Source: Yuukianura sp. NJ FZ-2021 (Eukaryota). Taken from it: a stretch of 64,000 nucleotides of DNA. Both the position numbers and the translations under genes were made by a program. The notes under the pieces are model-generated. The model ran no database searches. It was given only the letters and a program-made list of their open reading frames with translations, and had not been told where the DNA came from. Below are positions 26,164 through 38,738 of the stretch, piece after piece. The DNA is taken from the NCBI GenBank assembly GCA_046563655.1, contig CM102290.1:11966001-12030000 (forward strand). Reading direction: 5' to 3'. How positions within the stretch are numbered: the first letter of the stretch is position 1; the number at the start of each line of letters is the position of its first letter.

Positions 26164-26991
26164 ATGGCAGAACAATACAAATTGACTTACTTTAACGGAC
26201 GGGGTAAGTAATCTACTGTAATTAATTAATGATACCTGTACTGAAAACGACTAACTTTTTCATAATTGGTGTACAGGAGCTGCTGAAACCATTCGGTACA
26301 TCTTAGCATTGGCCGGAGTCGATTACGAAGATCACCGAATTGAAAAGGAAGACTGGCCGGCTCTAAAACCAAGTAAACCTTAACCACACAGCTATGTCAT
26401 CTTTTCGAAAACACTTTTTCAAAATCCTTTCTTCTTTTAATAGGTACTAAGTATGGTCAATTGCCAATGTTTGAAGTAAACGGAGAGCAAATGGCTCAGA
26501 GTATTGCCACGGGGCGATACTTGGCTAGGAAGTACAAGTTGGCCGGAGAGACCCCCATGGAGGAGTTCAGGTGTGACGAACTGATTGACTGCCTGCTCGA
26601 CTTCCGTCCACACATGCGTGCTCTGTACATGGAAACTGACGAAGCCAAGAAGACCGAACTCAAGAAGAAGTTCATTGACGAAGTCGCTAAGCCCTTCCTG
26701 GACAAACTTGTTGCTCTCAAGGAGAAGAACGGCGGGAAGTGGATGGTCGGCAAGAACGTAAGTCTTCTATGAAATATTTGATGTAAGGAAATAACTAACC
26801 TAACTAATCATATCACCCTCGGTCAGGTCACCTGGGCTGACATCCATGTAGCTCATGGGATGGAATACATCAAGGTATTGGATGCCAACGCTTTGTCCAA
26901 CTACCCAGCTATTCAGGAACATCAGAACAACGTTTTCGGACTCCCGCAAATCAAGAAGTGGATTGAAACTCGCCCCAAAACTGATTATTAG
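26164..26991 (+). CDS. Glutathione S-transferase, sigma class (copy 1)
   Basis: Four exons (26164-26203, ~26277-26372, ~26444-26757, ~26828-26991). Sequence: [74 protein letters not shown]. Confidence 0.95.
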
Positions 26992-27665
26992 ACAAAGGAA
27001 ACACAAGAACGGAGATTATAATGAAATGGAATTTTTTTTTTGTAACAATAAGCTAGTGTCTGTCCATCACAATTTCACAATGCAAAATTCAGAAGGCCAC
27101 TTCAATTACCATGCATTGTGTTGAAATTGAAGTGTTTTTGTCTAAAATGCTAAAATGGAAATAAAGCATTCCACTTTCCATTGTTCCAGGAATAGCATTT
27201 CCAGTTTTTATTGCTTCAACTTTCCATTATTCATAAACTCCGTGTTTGCTTACTTTCAAATGGAAACTTCGTATTGAAAACGTTTAAATGAAATCATAAA
27301 AACTTCTAATTTTAGCTTTAACTTTCATTTTAACTTTTAACTTTCTAAATTTTAGTTAAGTTGGAAAAGTTCATTTGAGCATTTATCGGTCGATTGTTCT
27401 GGAAGAAATGATAAACTTGAGCAATTGTAAATTGAACGTGCATAGAGTATATAAAGTGGTGATGTGAGAGTGATAAGTGGATGAGATAAGCATTTCGATT
27501 GTCACTTTTTGACCAAAAACGCTCAAATCCGCGTGACTTGGATACGCCAAAATTACACATAAGAATTTTAGCATTTAAAGGAAAACTCGCTCACTTTTGT
27601 TCACCTATTCTTTTTCCAATTTCTAAGGAGGCTGACATTTGGGAGTGAACTAATTCGAAAAAAAA

Positions 27666-28862
27666 ATGGCGGAAAAATACAAACTCTTATACTTCAATGC
27701 TCGCGGTGAGTCGCTTTCGATCTTTTTCGAACTTTCCCGCTTCTAACTCGAAGCTAATTGAAATTTCAGTAATTTATGTAATCCTTTTTTTTTTTACTTT
27801 TCACCACAGGGCGTGCTGAGCCAATTCGACTAATTTTTGCTTATGCCGGAGTAGAGTTCGAGGATAGACGTTTCGAACTTGCAGAATGGCCGGCTCTCAA
27901 AAATGGTAATTCACTTTTACGGAACGTTATTTTTTCCGCCCTTTTACACTGCCCGAAATTTTCGACGTTTTTGCTATTGCCTGTTTGTCGGCCCCTTTAA
28001 AACCCCCATTTCGTCGGCCGTTTTTGGTCTGTTTTTCTAAGCGGCCACTTTTCGGACAATTTTCTGTACCCATTTTCGGACAGTTTTGTTTCGGCCGAAA
28101 TGCCCATATACTGTCTATTCTATAAATAAGAAACTAAAAACCTCAAACCTTTTCCTTTCTCCATTTCTTTTCAATGCGGCCTCACTGCGGCCATAAAGGA
28201 AGCCTCACTGAGGCCTACGACAGAAATGGAGAAAGGGTTGAGGTTTTTAGTTTCTTATTTAGAGAATGAGGTTATTCCTATGTTGTTTGTAAAATAATTA
28301 ACAATTCCTTTCGCAGGTACCAAGTGGGGAGTAGTACCGGTACTGGAAGTGAATGGAGAACCAATGGGAGAAGTATCAGCGATCATAGGCTACTTGTCCA
28401 GGAAGTACGGAATCGCTGGACAAACTCCATGGGAACAGTTCAGAGTGGATGAGCTACTGAGTGCCTTTGGAGATGTTGTCAAGATTCGTGACTTTGTAGT
28501 AGAACAAGATCCCGCCAAAAAGGAAGCTGTTCGTAAAAATTACGTTGAAAAGAATAAACCACTGTTCGCAAAAGTGTCGGCACTCAAAGAGAAAAATGGC
28601 GGGAAATGGCTCGTCGGTGAAAAGGTATGTGAACTTTCGGATTTTCAAAAATCATTCCCAATTCTGAATTTGAATTTTGAAAATTTTTATTTGAAAGTTG
28701 ACTGCAGCTGACCTTCTCGTTGCACATGGGTTGAGTACTGCCCAAATCGTCGATCCCTCAATTCTTGCTGAATTTCCAGGTCTCCAGAAGTTGCAAGATG
28801 AAGTTTTTGAAGTTCCGCAAATCAAAAAGTGGATTGAGACTAGACCAAAAACGTTTATTTAA
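27666..28862 (+). CDS. Glutathione S-transferase, sigma class (copy 2, diverged paralog)
   Basis: Same four-exon layout (27666-27705, ~27810-27905, ~28317-28624, 28698-28862). Sequence: [62 protein letters not shown]. Confidence 0.93.
28117..28267. mobile_element. Fold-back / MITE-like inverted repeat in GST copy 2 intron 2
   Basis: Left arm ATTCTATAAATAAGAAACTAAAAACCTCAAACC...TTTCTCCATTTCT...GGCCTCA is the reverse complement of right arm TGAGGCC...AGAAATGGAGAAAGGGTTGAGGTTTTTAGTTTCTTATTTAGAGAAT. The loop is short. Confidence 0.65.
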
Positions 28863-29061
28863 ATATACTGAACAAAGTAAAAGTTCAAGGTTTTAATAAA
28901 AGTGAAGCCATCACAATTTTTGGGACTGATTCAAAACACTTTAGGTGAGTGAATTAAGTAGGGGATCAAAACCTCGTGACTAGAAAGAAGGCCATGTCAT
29001 ACTTTACAGTAAGTTACTTATAAATAAGACGTGTTCAGGGTGTTGGCGATAACTATTTGCT

Positions 29062-31450
29062 ATTTGGAATTATTTTATTTAAAAAGAGTGATTTTCCTAC
29101 TAAACTGTTAACTTTTTGGAATTTGGAATTATGTTATTTAAAAAGAGTGATTTTCCTACTAAACTTTTAACTTTTTGGAATTTGGAATTATGTTATTTAA
29201 AAAGAGTGATTTTCCTACTAAACTTTTAACTTTTTGGAATTTGGAATTATGTTATTTAAAAAGAGTGATTTTCCTACTAAACTTTTAACTTTTTGGAATT
29301 TGGAATTATGTTATTTAAAAAGAGTGATTTTCCTACTAAACTTTTAACTTTTTGGAGTTTGGAATTATGTTATTTAAAAAGAGTGATTTTCCTACTAAAC
29401 TTTTAACTTTTTGGAATTTGGAATTATGTTATCTAAAAAGAGTGATTTTCCTACTAAACTTTTAACTTTTTGGAATTTGGAATTATGTTATTTAAAAAGA
29501 GTGATTTTCCTACTAAACTTTTAACTTTTTGGAGTTTGGAATTATGTTATTTAAAAAGAGTGATTTTCCTACTAAACTTTTAACTTTTTGGAATTTGGAA
29601 TTATTTTATTTAAAAAGAGTGATTTTCCTACTAAACTTTTAACTTTTTGGAATTTGGAATTATGTTATTTAAAAAGAGTGATTTTCCTACTAAACTTTTA
29701 ACTTTTTGGAATTTGGAATTATGTTATTTAAAAAGAGTGATTTTCCTACTAAACTTTTAACTTTTTGGAATTTGGAATTATGTTATTTAAAAAGAGTGAT
29801 TTTCCTACTAAACTTTTAACTTTTTGGAATTTGGAATTATGTTATTTAAAAAGAGTGATTTTCCTACTAAACTTTTAACTTTTTGGAATTTGGAATTATG
29901 TTATTTAAAAAGAGTGATTTTCCTACTAAACTTTTAACTTTTTGGAATTTGGAATTATGTTATTTAAAAAGAGTGATTTTCCTACTAAACTTTTAACTTT
30001 TTGGAATTTGGAATTATGTTATTTAAAAAGAGTGATTTTCTTACTAAACTTTTAACTTTTTGGAATTTGGAATTATGCTATTTAAAAAGAGTGATTTTCC
30101 TACTAAACTTTTAACTTTTTGGAATTTGGAATTATGTTATTTAAAAAGAGTGATTTTCCTACTAAACTTTTAGCTTTTTGGAATTTGGAATTATGTTATT
30201 TAAAAAGAGTGATTTTCCTACTAAACTTTTAACTTTTTGGAATTTGGAATTATGTTATTTAAAAAGAGTGATTTTCCTACTAAACTTTTAACTTTTTGGA
30301 ATTTGGAATTATGTTATTTAAAAAGAGTGATTTTCCTACTAAACTTTTAACTTTTTGGAATTTGGAATTATGTTATTTAAAAAGAGTGATTTTCCTACTA
30401 AACTTTTAACTTTTTGGAATTTGGAATTATGTTATTTAAAAAGAGTGATTTTCCTACTAAACTTTTAACTTTTTGGAATTTGGAATTATGCTATTTAAAA
30501 AGAGTGATTTTCCTACTAAACTTTTAACTTTTTGGAATTTGGAATTATGCTATTTAAAAAGAGTGATTTTCCTACTAAACTTTTAACTTTTTGGAATTTG
30601 GAATTATGTTATTTAAAAAGAGTGATTTTCCTACTAAACTTTTAACTTTTTGGAATTTGGAATTATGTTATTTAAAAAGAGTGATTTTCCTACTAAACTT
30701 TTAACTTTTTGGAATTTGGAATTATGTTATTTAAAAAGAGTGATTTTCCTACTAAACTTTTATTAAAAAGAGTGATTTTCCTACTAAACTTTTAACTTTT
30801 TGGAATTTGGAATTATGCTATTTAAAAAGAGTGATTTTCCTACTAAACTTTTAACTTTTTGGAATTTGGAATTATGTTATTTAAAAAGAGTGATTTTCCT
30901 ACTAAACTTTTAACTTTTTGGAATCTGGAATTATGCTATTTAAAAAGAGTGATTTTCCTACTAAACTTTTAACTTTTTGGATTCTGGAATTATGCTATTT
31001 AAAAAGAGTGATTTTCCTACTAAACTAAACTTTTTGGAATTTGGAATTATGTTATTTAAAAAGAGTGATTTTCCTACTAAACTTTTAACTTTTTGGAATT
31101 TGGAATTATGTTATTTAAAAAGAGTGATTTTCCTACTAAACTTTTAACTTTTTGGAATTTGGAATTATGTTATTTAAAAAGAGTGATTTTCCTACTAAAC
31201 TTTTAACTTTTTGGAATTTGGAATTTGTTTAATAAGAGTGATTTTCCTACTAAACTTTTAACTTTTTGGAATCTGGAATTATGTGATTTAAAAAGAGTGA
31301 TTTTCCTACTAAACTTTTAACTTTTTGGAATCTGGAATTATGTTATTTAAAAAGAGTGATTTTCCTACTAAACTTTTAACTTTTTGGAATTTGGAATTAT
31401 GTTATTTAAAAAGAGTGATTTTCCTACTAGACTTTTAACTTTTTGGAATT
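29062..31450. repeat. Tandem satellite, 59-bp unit, ~40 copies
   Basis: Unit TTGGAATTTGGAATTATGTTATTTAAAAAGAGTGATTTTCCTACTAAACTTTTAACTTT. The pattern shifts one base per 60-nt line. Copies are near-identical, with a truncated unit near 30762. Confidence 0.98.
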
Positions 31451-31714
31451 GCATGATCTCAACTTTTTTTTTTTGGAATTCTACTAAAGTGACTTGGACT
31501 TGAAAAAGGAGACGATTTTGCTATATAATCGTTTTGCTTTTTAAAAAACAGCATTCACAGTGGAGAATTTCTGCAAATTGTTCTATTCTGGACTGAATCA
31601 AGCCTTAGAAATTTGAAACAGTGGAAAACTATTTAAGATAGTAGTAAACATCAAAAAGATAGCTTAACTTTTTGTTTTGTATTTTATTACAACAATAACA
31701 AACATTAAAATATT

Positions 31715-34671
31715 TTATTCTTTATATAAATCCAGATCCTTCACGAAGTAGCACACGAACGCGTCAAACACCACGCCGATCAGCATAAACGCTAGTTTCA
31801 AAAGACACAAAAATTAAAAACTCAATTCTTAAAAGAAAAAAAAATTATTTTCGAAAATTTTGAGAAAAAAAATTGAATTCTTACAAGCTGCAACAATGTT
31901 AAAAATGTAGCGTAGTTGGTGGCCGTCGTAGAGCACACAGTTGCCAGCTTTTCCGCATTCCGCTCCACCCCAAACGAGACATACGCTGTCTAAAACAAGA
32001 TTTTAACATCACGCTTTTTTTTTAAATCAAAAATTTCAAAAAATTGAATTCAAAATTTTCGCGAGCGTACCTATGATACGCCCAAAAACGATAGGAGCGG
32101 GAAGCATAGCTAGAGCGCTCAACACCAAAATGTGAATCCCAATAGATAGAGATCGTTCCTCCACTTTTACGCACCTAAAAAACGATTTTGAAAATATTTA
32201 AATTTAAAAAAAAAAAAGGTTTCAACTAATTTTTGACAAAGTTTTTTGAGCTTTGAGAGGTAGAATTTTGAAGTGTTTACCGGTATGAGACTAGCATGTT
32301 TCCTATTCGACCTGTTGCATCTACGAACTTAACAATTGCAGAGATGACCAGAAACGTAATGAAGATTTGTGAGCAGCCGCTTGCGCATGTACCGAGTTCT
32401 ACCGTATCTTCGAGACTCGGCAGACAACTGCAATTTCCCATCTTGTTTCCGCTGTCTATCGTTTCACATCCTGCGTGACACGCAGAGTAGAACAAAGTGT
32501 TTTGCTTTTCAAAGCAAACCGGCAAAATTTTGCTGGTTTTGCAGTTGCAGTCGGCGTTACACGCAGACGTCAAATTCCAACTGTCGTCAAGCGGATTCCG
32601 AGTTCCGAAAGAGAGCTGCCCAATATCACAGCCGAGTTGGGTTAATCCAAGCATCACGCAGACACTCAGGAATCCCACAAACACGTTCCAAGCTGCCAGT
32701 GTTCTGGCGCTGAATTGAAAGCGGGAAATCAAAATTCCAGAAAGCAGGAGCCCACCAGCTTGCGTAAAAATTCCAGTGATACCTTTGAAATAGAGCAAAT
32801 TTAAGCAACCCCTAGATTTACGTAACTTTTACAACTTTAGTTTACGTTTTTTACGAATTTACGCAACTGTAAGTGCCGTATATGGTAGTACCTGAGATTA
32901 TTGATGAGTTTGAGGCTGTTTGCATGAAAATGGTTTCCATGTACTTGGGCATGTACGTCCAGTAGCCAATCCCAGAGAAGAGGCAAAAAGTCCCAGCCAA
33001 ATTGTTCAAAACGTTTACTTTGTTCTTTAGCAAAAGTTTGACAGCGTTAGGAATCTCTACAAACATAACTTTCCTATTACATATCACATATTTTTGCATA
33101 AATTTGTACATAAATCTACATCATTTCTCAAATTTTTAAAAAATATTTTTGAAACCTGAAAATTTTGGCGGCGTATCCAGTTTTGTAGATGTCAAATCCG
33201 CCGTACTCTCTCCCTTCACTTTTTTCAAGTGACGGGGAAACATGGCCATTAGGGAGGAAAAAATAATCATTGCACTTCCCAATATCACCCATCCTAGCAA
33301 CCATTTTCAAAATTTTGAAAAAAATTTCATTCTTATAATTTTGGAATTTTTAACTTCAAAAATTTACCTAACCACCAGGCACCAATCCACTTCGGGCTCT
33401 CCGGCGTTATTGTTGGCGTGAGCAGTGGGTTGACATACATTTTGAGTGCAGCAGATGCCAGGAGGAAGCCAAAAGTTGGACCAATCAAACGCAAGCTCAT
33501 TGTTATTCCTGCCAATCAGAAACCTGGATTCTAGGAATGCGTAGAAGCAATGTTTTTTTACTACGCAACTCACCGAATAACATCGGAATGTTTTTCCGTT
33601 TCGTGTTGTCGTCCATGTAGGGACCACCGAGCGTAAAAAACAGCAACACTCCTATGCCGCTCACAAACTGCGAGCAGAAAATGAGCACCAATGGAACAAA
33701 GTTTGTGTCTTGGTCTGCGCATGTCTCATGCGTCGGTGCATCTTTGCGACGACACAAGTTGACGTTCGGGTTGATCGGATGTTTCAGGGGATTAGTCGAC
33801 CCAGGCGTAGTTTTCGGTAGATCGGCTCCAGTAGTAGTGGTTTCTGTGTTTTGAAGTAATGATGCTACGTGATTAGCTTCATGCGTCTGTGCCATGGCTG
33901 TAATTTCAGTTTCGTCAAGACCGTTGATCCATGAGAATTCCTGTGTCAATTCCAGTGCATCTCTACCAGAACCGTAGAAAGCATGTGGAGATGCAAGGAT
34001 TAAACAGGCCACGCCTGACAGCAAAACGCCTGTGGCTATCCACCGAGGTCGGTGACCTGCAGCCCCGTAGTACGACAGGAAGATGGAGAACAGGATCTGA
34101 CTCACCTCGTTTCCAGTCATCACGATTCCTAAAATTTTGAAATTTTGTAATTTCAAAAAATTGGAAACGTTGAGTTTTGAAGTTACCGGCCGTTTGGGTG
34201 CTGATTTTGAACCGTTTTTCGAGCGTAGAGATAGTTGCGGTGAAGTAGGACCATGACATGCCCTGAATAACGCCGAGGAGACTAAACACGAGCACAAAGT
34301 ACCTTTTAGTTGCAAATCGCTGCATCCACTCGGCAGTAAAGCCAGCGATGCCACAATCCTCCACAGCGTCGTCATTTTCTTCATCGTCTTGTTCTTTTCC
34401 CGCCTTTTCGTTTTTCACTTGACTCAACTCAAGTTCAAATGACATCCGTCGCACGTCAATCACTCCACTGAAATCAAAAAATTTAACAATTTTTTGCAAC
34501 TTACAACACTCTCCTTTTCAAAAAATACGTTTTTGAGCAGAAAATTTGAAAAGTTCGCAAATTTTCAAAACCGAAGCTGAACATTGGGTAAGAAGTTTAG
34601 CTTTGGTTCAATTTCCTTTTTAAAATTAAGATTCTATGAAAATTTTGAAAAGTTTTTCCTTACGCTGTCAT
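31715..34671 (-). CDS. Organic anion transporting polypeptide (SLCO/OATP family)
   Basis: About ten exons starting ATG ACA GC|gt at 34671. Motifs: TISTLEKRFKIST, GNEVSQI, GHRPRWI, LGGPYMDDN, GPTFGFLL, PKWIGAWWLG, Kazal-like CNADCNC...PVC...FYSACHAGC, PIVFGRIIDSVCLVWG..CGKAGNCVLYD. Confidence 0.93.
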
Positions 34672-36431
34672 TCCCACGACCAGTTTGCGACTATTTTCTT
34701 AAGTTGTAAGTAAATCTTCCACCTCTTCCAACTTCCCTCGTAGGGCCCAACTATGTTAATAAATTGCAGCTTAACATTTGCTTATTTAAATTCAAGTTGA
34801 GCCACTTTTTGCAAAGTTTTTTTTGCAAAGTACAAAACCCAACAAGTGACGTAGGACCTAAAGCTTTGGACAATCAATTTGCAAAAACTTGATACTAACG
34901 AAATTACCTAGGAGAATTTGAGACGCCGAACAGGAAGTTCGTCCAAGTTCACACACTTACTCCTGTCAGTATTGCGTCAGTCAATCTAAGTTTAGTTAAG
35001 TTAACTACAGCAAAAGTTAGGGTGACTATAAGTTAACTTAACCTTAACTTGTGTTAGCCTTGTGGCCCAATTGGAAGTAATCAGACGAAGAGTTCTCGGA
35101 ATCTGCTTTGACTCTTGCAAAATGTGAATGGGTACTCGGAAATCGTGTAATTTTGTATGTTTAATTACCTCTGAATTATTCTTTCTGTGTACTCGTGTGT
35201 ACACGGGTCCAAGGACGCAGTGTCATAAGTCACAGTACAACAATGCAACAATTCAATTTCCAAAATAAAAAATTCAAGTTCAAAAAAATGAAAGAGAGAG
35301 TCAAATTAAAAAAAAAGCAGGGTTGAATTAAAATATAACAATGGCCATAATTGATGACAATGATGCGGCTAAACTGGCATGTGCATAATATTTTCCAAGT
35401 TTTTTTTTACAAATAGTGTACTGTATTTTTTTTTGCAATTTTTTGTCAAATTTTCTGAATCTTCTTTTTGCTTGAAAAAATGCCTATTGTTTGGAGCGAT
35501 TCCGGTAGCATGCTGCTGAATTGCATGAATCTACGTTTGCAATTTTTTTTTATTTGATTGTATTTCCATTTCCGTTTGCAAAAAAAGGCGGTTTACCTTG
35601 AAAACGGAAGCTGACAGTAGAATCTCTGTTGTATGATTTGAAATTTGGCGAATTCACGCTCCTACTACTAGTTCGTAATTACATAATGAACATAATTACA
35701 TAATTTATGTAATTAATTTTTTTAGTCGAACGTAAGTGACAGGGTTATAACAACAGCACAAAAGTGCTGGAATTGATCAAAGCGTTAATTTTTTTTGTAT
35801 ACAAACCACAAACTTCAAAAACTTTCTAACTTTGTAAAAAAAAATGCATTTTTTCATATTACAAAAATGGAGCGTAGAAAGTAGTACGGAGGGAATTAGA
35901 AAGTGAATTTCTTAGTTTTGCAAAAACGTGCAGAACTCACTCAAAATTAAGAAAAAAACATGAGAAGCCAATAAAAATTCAATTTTTTTTTGGATTGGTT
36001 GGTCTCCTCCCGTCCATTCCACTGCTCCTGTACCTAACTGCATATCTGCCCGACTTTTCGTCAAAGTAGGCATAGCCTAATCTAATGACATTAACATAAC
36101 ATAACTAATATAACATTAGGCTAAACTAATTAACCTAATCGTTATGACTAATTGCTAGGTAGGGTGGTACTTGTGTAAGAGCGGGCTCTTTTCAAAAATA
36201 CGAAATGTATACCAAGCGAATTGAACTTAACAGCAAAATGTTGATTACACCTGTGAAAAATTTTAAGTATTTTTTTCAATTCAAAACTTTGTTTAAAAAA
36301 CCAAAATCAAAATTTGTTTATTCGAACAGCATAAAAACAAATAAATTATTGAAAACAAACATAAATAAGAGTGGGAATGATTAATGGCTTGGACGGAATG
36401 ATTTTTGAATGAGGCATCTAATAAGTTCTGT

Positions 36432-38738
36432 TCAGACGGAGGTTTCTGAGCTGAGGTGGAGGCTGAACTGGTTGTTTTTGGGGTCAGTGACCTCTTCCAG
36501 AAGATTCACGTGCGGAAGTTGGCGTACGGAAACGAACAGACTCACGTCGTCTCCGCGCAGCAGAAATTCTGTTCCGTCTTTGATTCCACTTGACACTGAC
36601 CCTTCGCTCACCAATCCCCACGACACTGATCTTCCGCTCTCCGCCTATGTTCAAATAGTCAACCACAGTATTAGAAATAAAAGTAGGTTGGCTAGTTTAA
36701 ATAGTTCAATGCAATTGGGTCAACGGAATTGTATCAACAGTTCAACGTTAATCATATCAACACACAAAATGTATCAACAAGCTATCCCAAGGTGACTTAT
36801 TGTTATAGTCCACAGGCCGGAGCTACAATCAGGCAGTTGATCCAACTCGGTTGATACAATTGCAGTTGGATCAATTCAATTGCAGTTGATCGAATTCCGT
36901 TGATACAAAATGGAAAAAGTTGACTAACCTGAATGGCGGTGGGAGGAGCTAGGAACTTTTGGAGGAAAGCTCTTGAGGAGAGGCCGAGGTGTAAGCAGGT
37001 AGCGAGATGCTTGAGAACGCTTTCTGAGGAATGCCACGGTTGTTCTCGGCAGCATCGAATGTACTTCTGGAGGGGGCGAGCCAACGACGGAAAGATGACA
37101 GCAGCAGTCTCATTGCTGTCCAGCGCCTGAGTGCCACCTACCGTTCAAGAAAAATCCAACATTTTCATAAACTGTTTCAAAAAAGTAAACAATTTACCAA
37201 ATCACCAACCTTTGTCTTGTTGTATTCTTTTGACTTGCGTGAAAGCTTCCTCTGCTGCAGTGATCAGCCTCGCTCTGCGTTTGCGCAGTCGTTCCAAATC
37301 CAACTCCTCTTGGAATCGGTCGTGCTTTTTTGTCACGTGAGATCGATTTGACCCACGTCCAACCTTACAAGAAAAAAACATGAAGTTTTTAGAGATTTCC
37401 AAAAACATTTTAAAATCATGACGCTTAAAAATCAAAATTTTTATAAAAACCTACCAATTGAAACAGAGACTCTTCTTCCAAGTGACCAAAAAGTGTTGAT
37501 GTCTCGTCGTCTCCCAAACTCTGCTTCCTGATTGGCTGTCTCCTGTCGAGATGCGGGTTATATACTGGGAAGTGCGTGTAATAGTTCTCAAGAACCCACT
37601 GCGCAGCGCGTTGTACGCTCAGCGGTCCAATGAAGCAGTTCCGATGGACTCCGTCAGGAGAGCGTAGAATCGACACCTTTTTGAAAAAAAGGAAAAAAAA
37701 AACATGCAACATTTCAAAAACATAAAAATATAGAAATCTTTAATAAAATTCTGATTGTGAGAACCTGAAACTGCGGTTGGATGTGTCTAATTTGTATGAG
37801 GAGAACACCCAAGTAGTGGATTGCCAGCAAAGCATCTGTCAGACCGCCTACAAAAAAAGTAAATTGTGTAAAATTGGTCAATAAAAACCGCGCTTGAATT
37901 TGAAATTTACCGGCAAATGCTATGGCTCCCAGGAGAGAAAGATGCTGTTCTGCTCGTACCCAGTAGAAGAGCCAGAACGTGAAAACGGCAAAGAACGTGA
38001 GGAGGAGGGTGGAGGTGCGGAAAAGATGGATGCGGGGCAGTGTTGCTCGTGGCAACCGCCAGAATACTGCCCAAACCCCACCCACGAGCACCACCGTCTT
38101 CAGAGCCAAAGTGAGCAACAGCGCATGGCACTCCGATCCGCAGTCGGCAGTCGCTCCAGGCAAAAAGATTACACCCGAACCAACACCGAACTTGTGAGCA
38201 ACCACCATCAAAATTGGACTCACTATGGCAACGACTACGACGAGCCCTCCGACAACAGGTCCACAGAATCTGGCAGGCAACAACATCGGTCATAGTAACT
38301 TTTTGAACTTTCACACTTAGGTCAAAGGTCAAATTAGTAGAAAATTTCAAACTGTGGTCAAAAGTAGCGGGAAAGTTAAACTCGGGTCAAAGGTAAAAGT
38401 AAAAATATGAAGTTGCGGTTAATTGCTAATCAGTACCTTTCGAAAATGCCGGTTCGGTTTTGCCGTACCGGTTCTGCGGTACGGTCTGTTTCCCACTTTG
38501 TTGATTTCTCTTCCGCCAGTAACGTCACGGGTGAATGTGACATCGTGTGACCTTCGGACTGGTATTTATAAATATAATAAAAATATTTAATTGAAAGTAA
38601 AAACTAAAGTATTTATACATAATAAAAATTCATACTAGTATGTTTTACCTGCGGCTCTGCCTGTGTCTGGGATTCCGGATCACGAAGATGCTCATTGGAG
38701 TTGCGAAAATTTGTGTTGTTGCGCAGAGTAGAATCCAT
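36432..38738 (-). CDS. Vang: Vang/Strabismus family planar cell polarity protein (divergent)
   Basis: Exons from 38738-38649, 38558-38437, 38269-37910 onward. Four TM segments, then FWRLPRATLPRIHLFR, DALLAIHYL, RSPDG, LSVQRAA.WVLE.YY..FPVYNP, KRRARLITAAEEAF, MARPLQKY and a C-terminal PDZ-binding ETSV*. Confidence 0.9.

Noticed and set aside
29062..31450. Satellite as CRISPR array or coding repeat
   Set aside because: Head-to-tail units with no unique spacers and no long ORF.
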